Of a DNA stretch of 64,000 nucleotides, positions 55,865-64,000 are shown piece after piece. The DNA comes from an uncultured Alphaproteobacteria bacterium. GTDB lineage: Bacteria > Pseudomonadota > Alphaproteobacteria > Rhodobacterales > Rhodobacteraceae. The stretch covers positions 10,684-74,683 of the forward strand of contig CAVOXQ010000012.1 of the NCBI GenBank assembly GCA_963700485.1, in the 5' to 3' direction. The notes beneath the pieces were generated by a model that was not told where the DNA came from, did not search any database, and saw only the letters and a list, made by a program, of their open reading frames with translations. Both the position numbers and the translations under genes were made by a program. Positions within the stretch are counted from its first letter, which is position 1, and every line of letters begins with the position of its first letter.

Positions 55865-57169
55865 TCACTCCGCCGCCTTCACGGCTCCCGGATTGTTTGG
55901 ATGGGTGGTCCAGTTGGCGTATTCCGTCACCTTGCGGCCGGTGCGCGGGTCGACCGCGCCGAGCGGCAATTCCACCATCGTGATGCAATCCTCGACCGGG
56001 CAGACGTTGACGCAGAGGTTGCAGGCCACGCATTCGTCATCCAGCACCTCGAACACCCGGCCCGGCTTCATCGCGATCGCCTGGTGCGAGGTATCCTCGC
56101 AGGCCGCGTAGCAGCGGCCGCACTTGATGCAGGCGTCCTGGTCGATATGGGCCTTGGTGACGTAGTTCAGGTTCAGATACTGCCAGTCGGTGACGTTGGG
56201 CACGGCGCGGCGGACGATCTGGCGGGTTTCGGTCAGCCCCTTTTCGTCCATCCACTGCGACAGCCCCGAGATCATTTCCTGCACGATCTTGAAGCCATAG
56301 GTCATCGCGGCGGTGCAGACCTGCACGTTGCCCGCGCCCAGCGCCATGAATTCGGCAGCGTCCCGCCATGTGGTGACGCCGCCGATGCCGCTGATCGGCA
56401 AGGTCGAGGTTTCGGGGTTGCGGGCGATTTCAGCCACCATGTTCAGCGCGATCGGCTTGACCGCCGGGCCGCAATAGCCGCCATGCGCGCCCTTGCCGTC
56501 GATCGTGGGCTCGGGCGCGAAGAGATCGAGATCGACGCCGGTGATGGAGTTGATCGTGTTGATCAGCGATACCGCGTCGGCCCCGCCGCGCATCGCGGCC
56601 TCGGCCGGCTTGCGGATGTCGGTTATGTTGGGCGTGAGCTTGACGATGCAGGGCATCCGGCTGTTCTGCTTGACCCAGCGCGTGACCATCTCGATGTACT
56701 CGGGCACCTGTCCGACAGCGGATCCCATCCCGCGCTCGCTCATCCCGTGGGGGCAACCGAAGTTGAGTTCGACCCCGTCCGCCCCGGTGTCCTCCACACG
56801 TTTCAGGATCGCCTTCCACGCCTCTTCGACGCAGGGCACCATCAGCGAGACGACCATCGCGCGGTCGGGCCAGTCGCGCTTGACCGCCTTGATCTCTTGC
56901 AGGTTCACCTCAAGCGGGCGGTCAGTGATCAACTCGATGTTGTTGAGCCCGAGAAGGCGGCGGTCCGCCCCCCAGATCGCGCCATAGCGCGGACCGTTGA
57001 CGTTGACCACCGGTGGGCCTTCCTCGCCCAGCGTCTTCCACACCACGCCGCCCCAGCCCGCCTCGAAGGCACGCCGGACGTTGTATTCCTTGTCGGTGGG
57101 CGGGGCCGAGGCCAGCCAGAACGGATTGGGCGACGAGATGCCGACGAAATCGCTGCGCAGGTCTGCCAT
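55865..57169 (-). CDS. preA: NAD-dependent dihydropyrimidine dehydrogenase subunit PreA
   Basis: NPFWLASAPPT, GLNNIELI, ELNFGCPHGM, C-terminal 2x[4Fe-4S]. Confidence 0.95.
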   Translation of the reverse strand: MADLRSDFVGISSPNPFWLASAPPTDKEYNVRRAFEAGWGGVVWKTLGEEGPPVVNVNGPRYGAIWGADRRLLGLNNIELITDRPLEVNLQEIKAVKRDWPDRAMVVSLMVPCVEEAWKAILKRVEDTGADGVELNFGCPHGMSERGMGSAVGQVPEYIEMVTRWVKQNSRMPCIVKLTPNITDIRKPAEAAMRGGADAVSLINTINSITGVDLDLFAPEPTIDGKGAHGGYCGPAVKPIALNMVAEIARNPETSTLPISGIGGVTTWRDAAEFMALGAGNVQVCTAAMTYGFKIVQEMISGLSQWMDEKGLTETRQIVRRAVPNVTDWQYLNLNYVTKAHIDQDACIKCGRCYAACEDTSHQAIAMKPGRVFEVLDDECVACNLCVNVCPVEDCITMVELPLGAVDPRTGRKVTEYANWTTHPNNPGAVKAAE

Positions 57170-57259
57170 GTTATCCTCCTATGGCGGATGGCGGGCTGGC
57201 AACCGGGGGTTGCCGCCGGCGCCGGGCGGGGATGGAAAGGCCAGGTCGAGCCGGGGCCG

Positions 57260-57790
57260 TCAGCCGCCCGAGAACAGCCGCCAGATCCAGCCGATCAGAA
57301 GGCCGCTGACCTCGCCGAACTTCGGAACGAGCCAGGCCCAGCCGATAGAGCCCAGGACGTTGAAGATCTGGAACCGGGCGAACGGCATGAGCGCGATGCC
57401 ACAGAGCAGGAAGGCCACCGGGCGGAGCGGGCCGAAGAAATGTCCCGCGATGATGGCGGCCGGACCCCATTTCACGAAGGCCTGCTTGCCGCGCTCCACA
57501 AGATCCGGATAATTCTTGAGCGGCCAGATGCGCAGCATGTGATCGCCGAACACCACCCCGAGAAACCACGAGACGGTGGCCCCCATCAGGGCACCCAGGG
57601 CCGCACCGAGAAAGATCGGGGTGAAGCTGAGTTCGCCCGTCGCCACGAGCGCGCCCACGCCCACGAGGATCGCCGTGGAGGGGATCGCAATGGACAGAAA
57701 GGCCAGATTCTCGGCAAAGGCGAAGACCAGCGCGATCCAGAAGGCCCAGGCGCTGTGCTGGCCGATGAAGGCGATCGTGCTGTCGATCAT
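57260..57790 (-). CDS. DedA family membrane protein
   Basis: AFAEN...IPS, GA..GA.VS..LG, F.GPLRP, RFQIFN. Confidence 0.82.
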   Translation of the reverse strand: MIDSTIAFIGQHSAWAFWIALVFAFAENLAFLSIAIPSTAILVGVGALVATGELSFTPIFLGAALGALMGATVSWFLGVVFGDHMLRIWPLKNYPDLVERGKQAFVKWGPAAIIAGHFFGPLRPVAFLLCGIALMPFARFQIFNVLGSIGWAWLVPKFGEVSGLLIGWIWRLFSGG

Positions 57791-57865
57791 GGTGCCCCTG
57801 CCCGCGGCCCGAACCGGCCCCTGCGCTGCCTAGCGGGAAGTCCCGCGGGCCGCAAGCCGCCGGCG

Positions 57866-59206
57866 TCATCGGTCCGCCATCAGGCGGGCGTGGATATCCT
57901 CGGCCGCGTCGCGCCCTTCGGCCACGGCGGTGACGGTCAGATCGTCGCCCCCTGCCGCACAGTCGCCCCCCGCCCAGACGCCGGGCAGCGACGTGCGCCC
58001 GGTTGCGTCGACCGCGATCTTGCGTCCGTTGAGCGCAAGCCCCTGCGGCGCAGCACCCAGCGTCTGGCCGATGGCCTTGAACACCTGATCGGCCTTCAGC
58101 GTGAAGGTCTCCGCGCCGATCGACAGCCCGCCCGAACCCTCGGACGTATAGGCGAACTCCACCCCCTCGACCTTGCCATTGCCGAGCAGGCGGACGGGGG
58201 CGGCGCCGGTGATGATGCGCACGCCCTTGGACGTGGCATGGGCCTGTTCGTGGGCCGACGCGCTCATGCGGTCCTGCGCGCGTCGATAGACGATGGTGAC
58301 GGTTTCGGCACCCAGCAGTTTCGACTGCACCGCCGCGTCGACGGCGGTCATCCCGCCGCCGATCACCACCACGTCGCGACCGATGGCGAGGGTGGACTTG
58401 TCGGGGGCCTGACGCAGTTCGGAAATGAAATCAACGGCGTCGCGGACATGCGCGCGATCTTCACCTGGCGTATCGAGCGCATTGACCCCGCCAAGACCGA
58501 GGCCCAGGAACACCGCGGCATGGTCCCTGCGCAACGTCTCGAGCGAGAAATCCCGCCCGAGCGCCTGACCGGTCCTGACGGTGATCCCGCCGATCTGCAA
58601 CAGCCAGGCGACCTCGGCCTGCGCGAAATCGTCGGGGGTCTTGTAGGCCGCGATGCCATATTCGTTCAGCCCCCCGATGCGCGGGCGGGCGTCGAAAAGG
58701 GTCACATCATGGCCATGCAGCGCCAGGCGGTGGGCGCAGGCGAGGCCCGCGGGACCGGCGCCCACGACCGCAACGCGCAGCCCCGTGGGCGCCCCGCGGG
58801 TGAACGGATGGACGTCGCGCGACATCAGCGTGTCGGTAGCAAAGCGCTGCAACCGGCCGATCTCGACCGGTTTGCCTTCGGCCGCCTCGCGCACGCAGGC
58901 CTCTTCGCACAATTGCTCGGTCGGGCAGACGCGGGCACACATGCCGCCAAGGATGTTCTGGTCCCAGATGGTCCGGGCGGCGGCCTCAGGGGTGCCGGTC
59001 GCGATCTGGCGGATGAAAAGCGGGATGTCGATCGAGGTGGGACAGGCGGTGATGCAGGGCGCATCATGGCAGAAGTAGCAGCGGTCGGCCGCAACCTGCG
59101 CCTCGTGGCGGTCAAGCGCGGGCTCCTTGTCGGCGAAACGGTCGCGGTAGGCGGTCGCGGGCAGGCGTCCGGGCACGACGCCGGGGGTCAGCGGGCTGTT
59201 GGACAA
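57866..59206 (-). CDS. preT: Dihydropyrimidine dehydrogenase subunit PreT (GltD-like)
   Basis: RCYFCHDAPC..ACPT, CARVCPTE.LCE..C, GAGPAG, GGGMTAVD. Confidence 0.9.
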   Translation of the reverse strand: MSNSPLTPGVVPGRLPATAYRDRFADKEPALDRHEAQVAADRCYFCHDAPCITACPTSIDIPLFIRQIATGTPEAAARTIWDQNILGGMCARVCPTEQLCEEACVREAAEGKPVEIGRLQRFATDTLMSRDVHPFTRGAPTGLRVAVVGAGPAGLACAHRLALHGHDVTLFDARPRIGGLNEYGIAAYKTPDDFAQAEVAWLLQIGGITVRTGQALGRDFSLETLRRDHAAVFLGLGLGGVNALDTPGEDRAHVRDAVDFISELRQAPDKSTLAIGRDVVVIGGGMTAVDAAVQSKLLGAETVTIVYRRAQDRMSASAHEQAHATSKGVRIITGAAPVRLLGNGKVEGVEFAYTSEGSGGLSIGAETFTLKADQVFKAIGQTLGAAPQGLALNGRKIAVDATGRTSLPGVWAGGDCAAGGDDLTVTAVAEGRDAAEDIHARLMADR

Positions 59207-59263
59207 GGTGCGGAACCTCCCGTGGGATTGCTCTTTCGGGAAACGCTGCCACAGCCGGATTTT

Positions 59264-59279
59264 TTAATCAAACGGTAAA
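59264..59279. promoter_or_regulatory. RutR/PydR-like operator TTAATCAAACGGTAAA upstream of preT
   Basis: Reverse complement TTTACCGTTTGATTAA resembles TTTACC-N4-GGTAAA. Confidence 0.55.
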
Positions 59280-59469
59280 ATTTCATTCGCCCACACGGTG
59301 CGGCCCGCCTGAGGCGGCGCCCGGAATTTAGGCAGACAGCCGAAGCGGATCGGCGATATCTGGCGCTTTTCACCCCCTGCGGCCTCGCGTATAAGCACGG
59401 GAACCTTGGCCCGGCCCTGCCCGCCGGGCGCGTGACTGGGCGAAAAGAAGAACCCCGAAAGAGGACGGC

Positions 59470-59961
59470 ATGAGCAAACAATCCACGGACAGCGACGTAG
59501 CCTTCATCCAGGCGCTTGCCGAGTTGCTGAACAAGAACGACCTGACCGAGCTTTCCGTGAAGCGGGAGTATGCCGAGGACGACAGCCTCGAGGTGCGCGT
59601 GGTCAAGCAGGCCAACATCGTGACGACAACGCTGGCGCAGGCGCCGCTGGCCATGGGCCACGTCGCACCGGCGGCAGCGTTGCCGGCGCCGGTGGCGATA
59701 CCCGCGTCGGACGATCCGGCGCAGCACCCGGGGGCCGTGACATCGCCGATGGTGGGCACGGTCTATCTGTCGGCCGAACCGGGCGCCTCCCCCTTCGTCA
59801 GCGTCGGCGCGAGTGTCACCGAAGGCCAGACGGTGTTGATCATCGAGGCGATGAAGACCATGAACCAGATCCCCGCGCCGCGTGCCGGCGTGGTCAGGCG
59901 CATCGTCGTCGAGGATGGCAGCCCGGTGGAATACGGCGCGCCGCTGATGATCATCGAATGA
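59470..59961 (+). CDS. accB: Acetyl-CoA carboxylase biotin carboxyl carrier protein
   Basis: SPMVGT, EAMKTMN. Confidence 0.95.
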   Translation: MSKQSTDSDVAFIQALAELLNKNDLTELSVKREYAEDDSLEVRVVKQANIVTTTLAQAPLAMGHVAPAAALPAPVAIPASDDPAQHPGAVTSPMVGTVYLSAEPGASPFVSVGASVTEGQTVLIIEAMKTMNQIPAPRAGVVRRIVVEDGSPVEYGAPLMIIE

Positions 59962-59984
59962 ACGCGGCAAGGGGAACGACGCCG

Positions 59985-61331
59985 ATGTTCGACAAGATCC
60001 TGATCGCGAACCGCGGCGAGATCGCGCTGCGCGTGGTTCGGGCCTGCCGGGAAATGGGCATCACATCCGTCGCCGTCCATTCCACCGCGGATTCCGACGC
60101 GATGCATGTGCGCATGGCGGACGAAAGCGTCTGCATCGGGCCGGCGCCCTCGTCGGAAAGCTATCTCAACAAGGCCGCGATCATCTCGGCCTGCGAGATC
60201 ACGGGCGCGCAGGCGGTGCATCCGGGCTACGGTTTTCTGAGCGAAAACGCGGCCTTCGCGCAGGCACTGGAAGACCACGACATCACCTTCATCGGCCCCA
60301 CGGCCGAACATATCCGCATCATGGGCGACAAGATCACCGCCAAGGAGACGGCCAAGGCGCTGGGGATACCCGTGGTTCCGGGATCGGACGGCGGGGTTTC
60401 GGATTTCGAGACGGCGATCGGGGTTGCGGCCGGGATCGGCTTTCCGGTGATCATCAAGGCCACGGCGGGTGGCGGCGGGCGCGGCATGAAGGTGGCCAAG
60501 GATGCCGCGGAACTGGAAGTCGCGTTCCGGACTGCGCGGGCCGAGGCCAAGGCCGCCTTCGGCAACGACGAGGTCTATATCGAGAAGTATCTGCAAAAGC
60601 CGCGCCATATCGAGATACAGGTGTTCGGCGACGGCAAGGGCAACGCGGTGCATCTGGGCGAGCGCGACTGTTCCTTGCAGCGCCGCCACCAGAAGGTGTT
60701 CGAAGAGGCGCCCGGCCCTGCCATCACAGCCGCGATGCGCGACCGGATCGGCAAGATCTGCGCCGAGGCTGTGGCCAAGATCAACTACATCGGCGCCGGC
60801 ACGATCGAGTTCCTCTATGAGGACGGCGAGTTCTACTTCATCGAGATGAACACGCGCCTCCAGGTCGAGCATCCGGTGACGGAAGCGATCTTTGGCGTCG
60901 ATCTCGTGCGCGAGCAGATCCGCGTGGCCGCCGGAATGGACATGTCGTTCACGCAGGCCGAACTGGAGATCAACGGCCACGCGATCGAGGTGCGTATCAA
61001 CGCCGAAAAGCTGCCCGAGTTCGCCCCGCGACCCGGCAAGGTGAAGGTCTTTCACGCGCCCGGCGGTCTGGGCGTGCGGATGGATTCCGCGCTTTATGGC
61101 GGCTATACGATCCCGCCCTATTACGACAGCCTGATCGGAAAGCTGATCGTGCATGGGCGCGACCGGCCCGAAGCGCTGGCGCGGCTGCGCCGGGCGCTGG
61201 GGGAACTGGTGGTCGACGGGATCGACACCACGGTGCCGCTGTTCCATGCGCTGCTGGCCGAACCGGACATCCAGAACGGCGAATACACGATACACTGGCT
61301 GGAAAAATGGCTGGCGAGTCAGTTCGGCTGA
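59985..61331 (+). CDS. accC: Biotin carboxylase
   Basis: [38 protein letters not shown]. Confidence 0.96.
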   Translation: MFDKILIANRGEIALRVVRACREMGITSVAVHSTADSDAMHVRMADESVCIGPAPSSESYLNKAAIISACEITGAQAVHPGYGFLSENAAFAQALEDHDITFIGPTAEHIRIMGDKITAKETAKALGIPVVPGSDGGVSDFETAIGVAAGIGFPVIIKATAGGGGRGMKVAKDAAELEVAFRTARAEAKAAFGNDEVYIEKYLQKPRHIEIQVFGDGKGNAVHLGERDCSLQRRHQKVFEEAPGPAITAAMRDRIGKICAEAVAKINYIGAGTIEFLYEDGEFYFIEMNTRLQVEHPVTEAIFGVDLVREQIRVAAGMDMSFTQAELEINGHAIEVRINAEKLPEFAPRPGKVKVFHAPGGLGVRMDSALYGGYTIPPYYDSLIGKLIVHGRDRPEALARLRRALGELVVDGIDTTVPLFHALLAEPDIQNGEYTIHWLEKWLASQFG

Positions 61332-61383
61332 GCCCCGGCCGCAGTCCGCAGTGCCGACCCGCTGCGGGCGGGCCATTGTCCTG

Positions 61384-62025
61384 ATGGATCTGCCGTTGAC
61401 GCCCGAGATCGTGCTGAGCGGCTATGCAGCGGGCATCTTTCCGATGGCGGAGAGCCGCGACGACCCCGGGATCCATTGGGTCGACCCGCAGTATCGGGGC
61501 ATTCTGCCCTTGGACAATTTCCACATCTCGCGTTCACTCTCGCGCCAGATCACGCGGTGGAATTGCGAAATTCGAACAGATACGGATTTCGCAGGGGTTC
61601 TGGCCGCCTGCGCGGAGCGGCCAGAGACGTGGATCAACGCGCCGATCCGCGAGATGTATATCAGCCTGCACGAAGCGGGGTTTGCCCATTCCCTCGAGGT
61701 GTGGGAGGGGCCCAATCTGGTGGGAGGCGTCTATGGCGTGGCGCTGGGTGCCGCGTTCTTTGGCGAGAGCATGTTTTCGCGCCGAACCGACGCATCCAAG
61801 GTCGCGCTGGCCTGGATGGTGGACCGTCTTCGCGCGGGAGGGTTCACTCTGTTTGACACCCAGTTCCTGTCGCCGCACCTGGCCTCGCTTGGCGGGATAG
61901 AGATTCCGCGTGCAGCCTATCGGCAACGGCTGGCAGAGGCCATCCGGGCGCAGGCCAGTTTCGATCCGGCGGGTTATGCGCCGACCGCCTATTCGATATC
62001 GCAGCGCAAGACCCAGACGTCATAG
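61384..62025 (+). CDS. aat: Leucyl/phenylalanyl-tRNA-protein transferase
   Basis: Y..GIFPM, AHSLEVW, AFFGESMFS, ASKVAL. Confidence 0.92.
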   Translation: MDLPLTPEIVLSGYAAGIFPMAESRDDPGIHWVDPQYRGILPLDNFHISRSLSRQITRWNCEIRTDTDFAGVLAACAERPETWINAPIREMYISLHEAGFAHSLEVWEGPNLVGGVYGVALGAAFFGESMFSRRTDASKVALAWMVDRLRAGGFTLFDTQFLSPHLASLGGIEIPRAAYRQRLAEAIRAQASFDPAGYAPTAYSISQRKTQTS

Positions 62026-62342
62026 CGTGGGTGGTCAAGGGCGCTCAACGCAGGGCTCGAGGCGATCATCCAGCCGGAAAAGACCGGCTCGGGGCGCAGA
62101 GAGTCGAGGATCGTCAGGTGGGCATAGGCATTCGACGCCGGATCGGCGACCGGATAGCGGCAGGCATCGAGCTGGATCGTCAGTCGGCCGCGTTCGGCGC
62201 TCTGGCCACGTGACAGGTCGATGTCGCCAACCTCGCCCGACAGCTTGTCAAGCCAGCGCAGCACAGCCCCACGCGCCTCGGCCACCTCCTGCGCCGCGGC
62301 CGGCGTTGCGAGCAGCGCCGCGACGAGGGCCGCGCGGATCAT
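61989..62342 (-). CDS. DUF2155 family protein
   Basis: LDKLSG, FSGWMIASSPALSALDHPRYDVWV. Confidence 0.88.
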   Translation of the reverse strand: MIRAALVAALLATPAAAQEVAEARGAVLRWLDKLSGEVGDIDLSRGQSAERGRLTIQLDACRYPVADPASNAYAHLTILDSLRPEPVFSGWMIASSPALSALDHPRYDVWVLRCDIE

Positions 62343-62807
62343 TCGGCCGCAGCGGGATCTTCCGCGCCCGAACCACCCACGAACTTCATCAGGAGGGCGA
62401 TCAGCCCGACCGCGCCCTGCGTATCCTCGATCTCGCCGCCTGGGGGCACGTTGTCGAGCGATCCGCCGGGCTGCAACTCCACGAAGTTACCGCCCAGAAG
62501 GCCCTCGGACGAGATCATCGCCGTGCTGTCATCCGGGATCAGGATGTCCTTGCGCACCAGAAGCGTTGCATCGGCGAAATAGGTCTGCGGGTTGAGGCTC
62601 AGGTCGGCGACCGTGCCGATCTTGACACCCGCCAAGCGAACTTCGGTGCCGATGGACACGCCATCGACCGAGCGGAAACTTGCCTTCAGCGGATAGGTTT
62701 CCGGCGCTCGGGTGAAACCGGTGCTCTGGCCCGCGTAGATCACGAAGCCGATGGCGGCTGCAAGCACGGCACCGCCGGCCAGCACTTCTGGAGAGATTCT
62801 CGGCCAT
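62339..62807 (-). CDS. mlaD: MlaD (MCE) protein; apparent 1-nt insertion near 62790
   Basis: ASF.SVDG..GTEVRLAGVKIG.V, SEGLLGGNFVEL.PG. Confidence 0.88.
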
Positions 62808-63184
62808 TATTCCGGTTGCCATGCCTCATAGTCGCGCCGCGCCACGGGATCCTCCGCGCGCCGGATGGATCCAGGCGGGGCATAGGCGGCGGGCGTGCCC
62901 GTGAGATTCTCGACGTGCGGCTTTTCCCAGGCCTTCTTGACGAGCGGCGCCTCGGTCGGGGGCTTGTTCCAGGTGAAATGCAGCCATCCGTGCCAGTCTG
63001 GGTTCACCCGCGTGGCTTCGATGTCGCCATTGTAGATCACCCAGCGGCGCTTGTCGTCCGCGGTGCGGTAATAGATGTTGCCCTGCGCATCCTCGCCAAC
63101 CTTGATGCCACGGCGTGCCGTGAAGATCTGGGTGCCCAGCGTCTGGCTGTTCCACCAGGTGAGCATGCGGATCAGGAACTTCAT
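62807..63184 (-). CDS. NADH:ubiquinone oxidoreductase NDUFA12-like subunit
   Basis: VGED..GN.YY, RRWVIY, WHGWLH, WEKPH.ENLTGT. Confidence 0.92.
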   Translation of the reverse strand: MKFLIRMLTWWNSQTLGTQIFTARRGIKVGEDAQGNIYYRTADDKRRWVIYNGDIEATRVNPDWHGWLHFTWNKPPTEAPLVKKAWEKPHVENLTGTPAAYAPPGSIRRAEDPVARRDYEAWQPE

Positions 63185-63355
63185 GGGCGGCCTCCGGTCA
63201 TTTGCCCTGATATGGCGGAACGCGGGGGCGAGGTCTAGGGGCAAGAGGCCGGGCGAGCGGGAAAGCCGCAGCCTGCCAGACGATACCGGCCGTCGGCCGG
63301 ACGGCGCGGCGCATCGGAACGCCCGACCGGGAGGCGCATCAGCGCAACCGGGGCG

Positions 63356-64000
63356 TCAGCCGGCGGTCGCGCTTTCCTTTTTCTTGGGGGCTTCGGTGAA
63401 AATCAGGAGCGGCTTGGCCCCGCTCTTCACCGCTTCCTCGTTCACGACGACCTCTTCGACGCCATCCATGCCCGGCAGTTCGAACATCGTGTCGAGCAGG
63501 ATATCCTCCATGATCGAGCGCAGGCCCCGTGCGCCGGTCTTGCGCTTGATCGCCCGCTTGGCGATCGCCGAAAGGGCGTCGGACGCAAAGGTGAGCTTCA
63601 CACCCTCGATCTCGAACAGGCGCTGGTATTGCTTCACCAGCGCGTTCTTGGGCTCGGTCAGGATGGTGACCAGTGCCGCTTCGTCAAGGTCCGTCAGGGT
63701 CGCGATCACCGGCAGGCGGCCGACGAACTCGGGGATGAGACCGAATTTCAGCAGGTCTTCCGGCTCAAGCTCCATGAAAAGCTCCCCCGCGCCGCGGGCG
63801 TCGGGATCCTTCACGTCGGCGCCAAAGCCGATGCCGGAGCCCTTGTTGCGCTGCGCGATGATCTTTTCGAGCCCGGCGAACGCGCCGCCGCAGATGAACA
63901 GGATGTTGGTCGTATCCACCTGCAGGAATTCCTGCTGGGGGTGCTTGCGCCCGCCCTGGGGCGGCACGGACGCGACAGTGCCCTCCATGATCTTCAGCAG
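63356..64000 (-). CDS. clpX: ATP-dependent Clp protease ATP-binding subunit ClpX, 5' part outside the window
   Basis: [38 protein letters not shown]. Confidence 0.96.
   Translation of the reverse strand: MLKIMEGTVASVPPQGGRKHPQQEFLQVDTTNILFICGGAFAGLEKIIAQRNKGSGIGFGADVKDPDARGAGELFMELEPEDLLKFGLIPEFVGRLPVIATLTDLDEAALVTILTEPKNALVKQYQRLFEIEGVKLTFASDALSAIAKRAIKRKTGARGLRSIMEDILLDTMFELPGMDGVEEVVVNEEAVKSGAKPLLIFTEAPKKKESATAG

Noticed and set aside
55841-59278. 1145-aa plus-strand ORF, and similar long antisense ORFs such as 50515..52929, 36335..38503 and 28518..30458
   Set aside because: Shadow ORFs opposite real genes, caused by high-GC codon bias.

Overview
High-GC alphaproteobacterial DNA, Rhodobacteraceae-like judged from gene content (GapR/DUF2312, the pre/pyd cluster, accBC-aat-DUF2155-mlaD-NDUFA12-clpX). 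The window has three parts. (1) 1-28.6 kb is a probable accessory island whose right end abuts the 3' end of tRNA-Thr(TGT). It carries Rrf2, a membrane cNMP-domain protein, SRAP, a DabAB inorganic-carbon pump with a divergent LysR, an AraC/beta-barrel/DUF2092/secreted-peptide module, and a complete N-type ATPase operon (atpD-C-Q-R-B-E-F-A-G). It also holds a Crp/Fnr-centred stress or dormancy block (CBS, bacterioferritin, SpoIIAA-like, P-type ATPase, dodecin, DUF305, baeRF12/AtsE, HPF-cold-shock fusion) and a low-GC phage tail-fibre remnant. (2) 28.7-42.4 kb looks like core genome: Fe ABC permease, gapR, FadB-like, DksA-like, YeeE pair, DUF442, FliM-like, an SLC5-histidine kinase with response regulator, and an ScfR-type regulator. 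(3) 42.5-64 kb is the reductive pyrimidine/beta-alanine catabolic cluster with RutR-type boxes, then accBC, aat, mlaD and partial clpX. About 38.3-51 kb is full of frameshifts that look like long-read consensus errors. Best novelty candidates: a recurring non-canonical Crp/Fnr-type box (TTTAC-N4-GTTAA and variants) that may link the N-ATPase and the dormancy genes into one regulon, and the DUF2092/beta-barrel/small cationic peptide module. All calls come from reading motifs by eye; no database searches were run.
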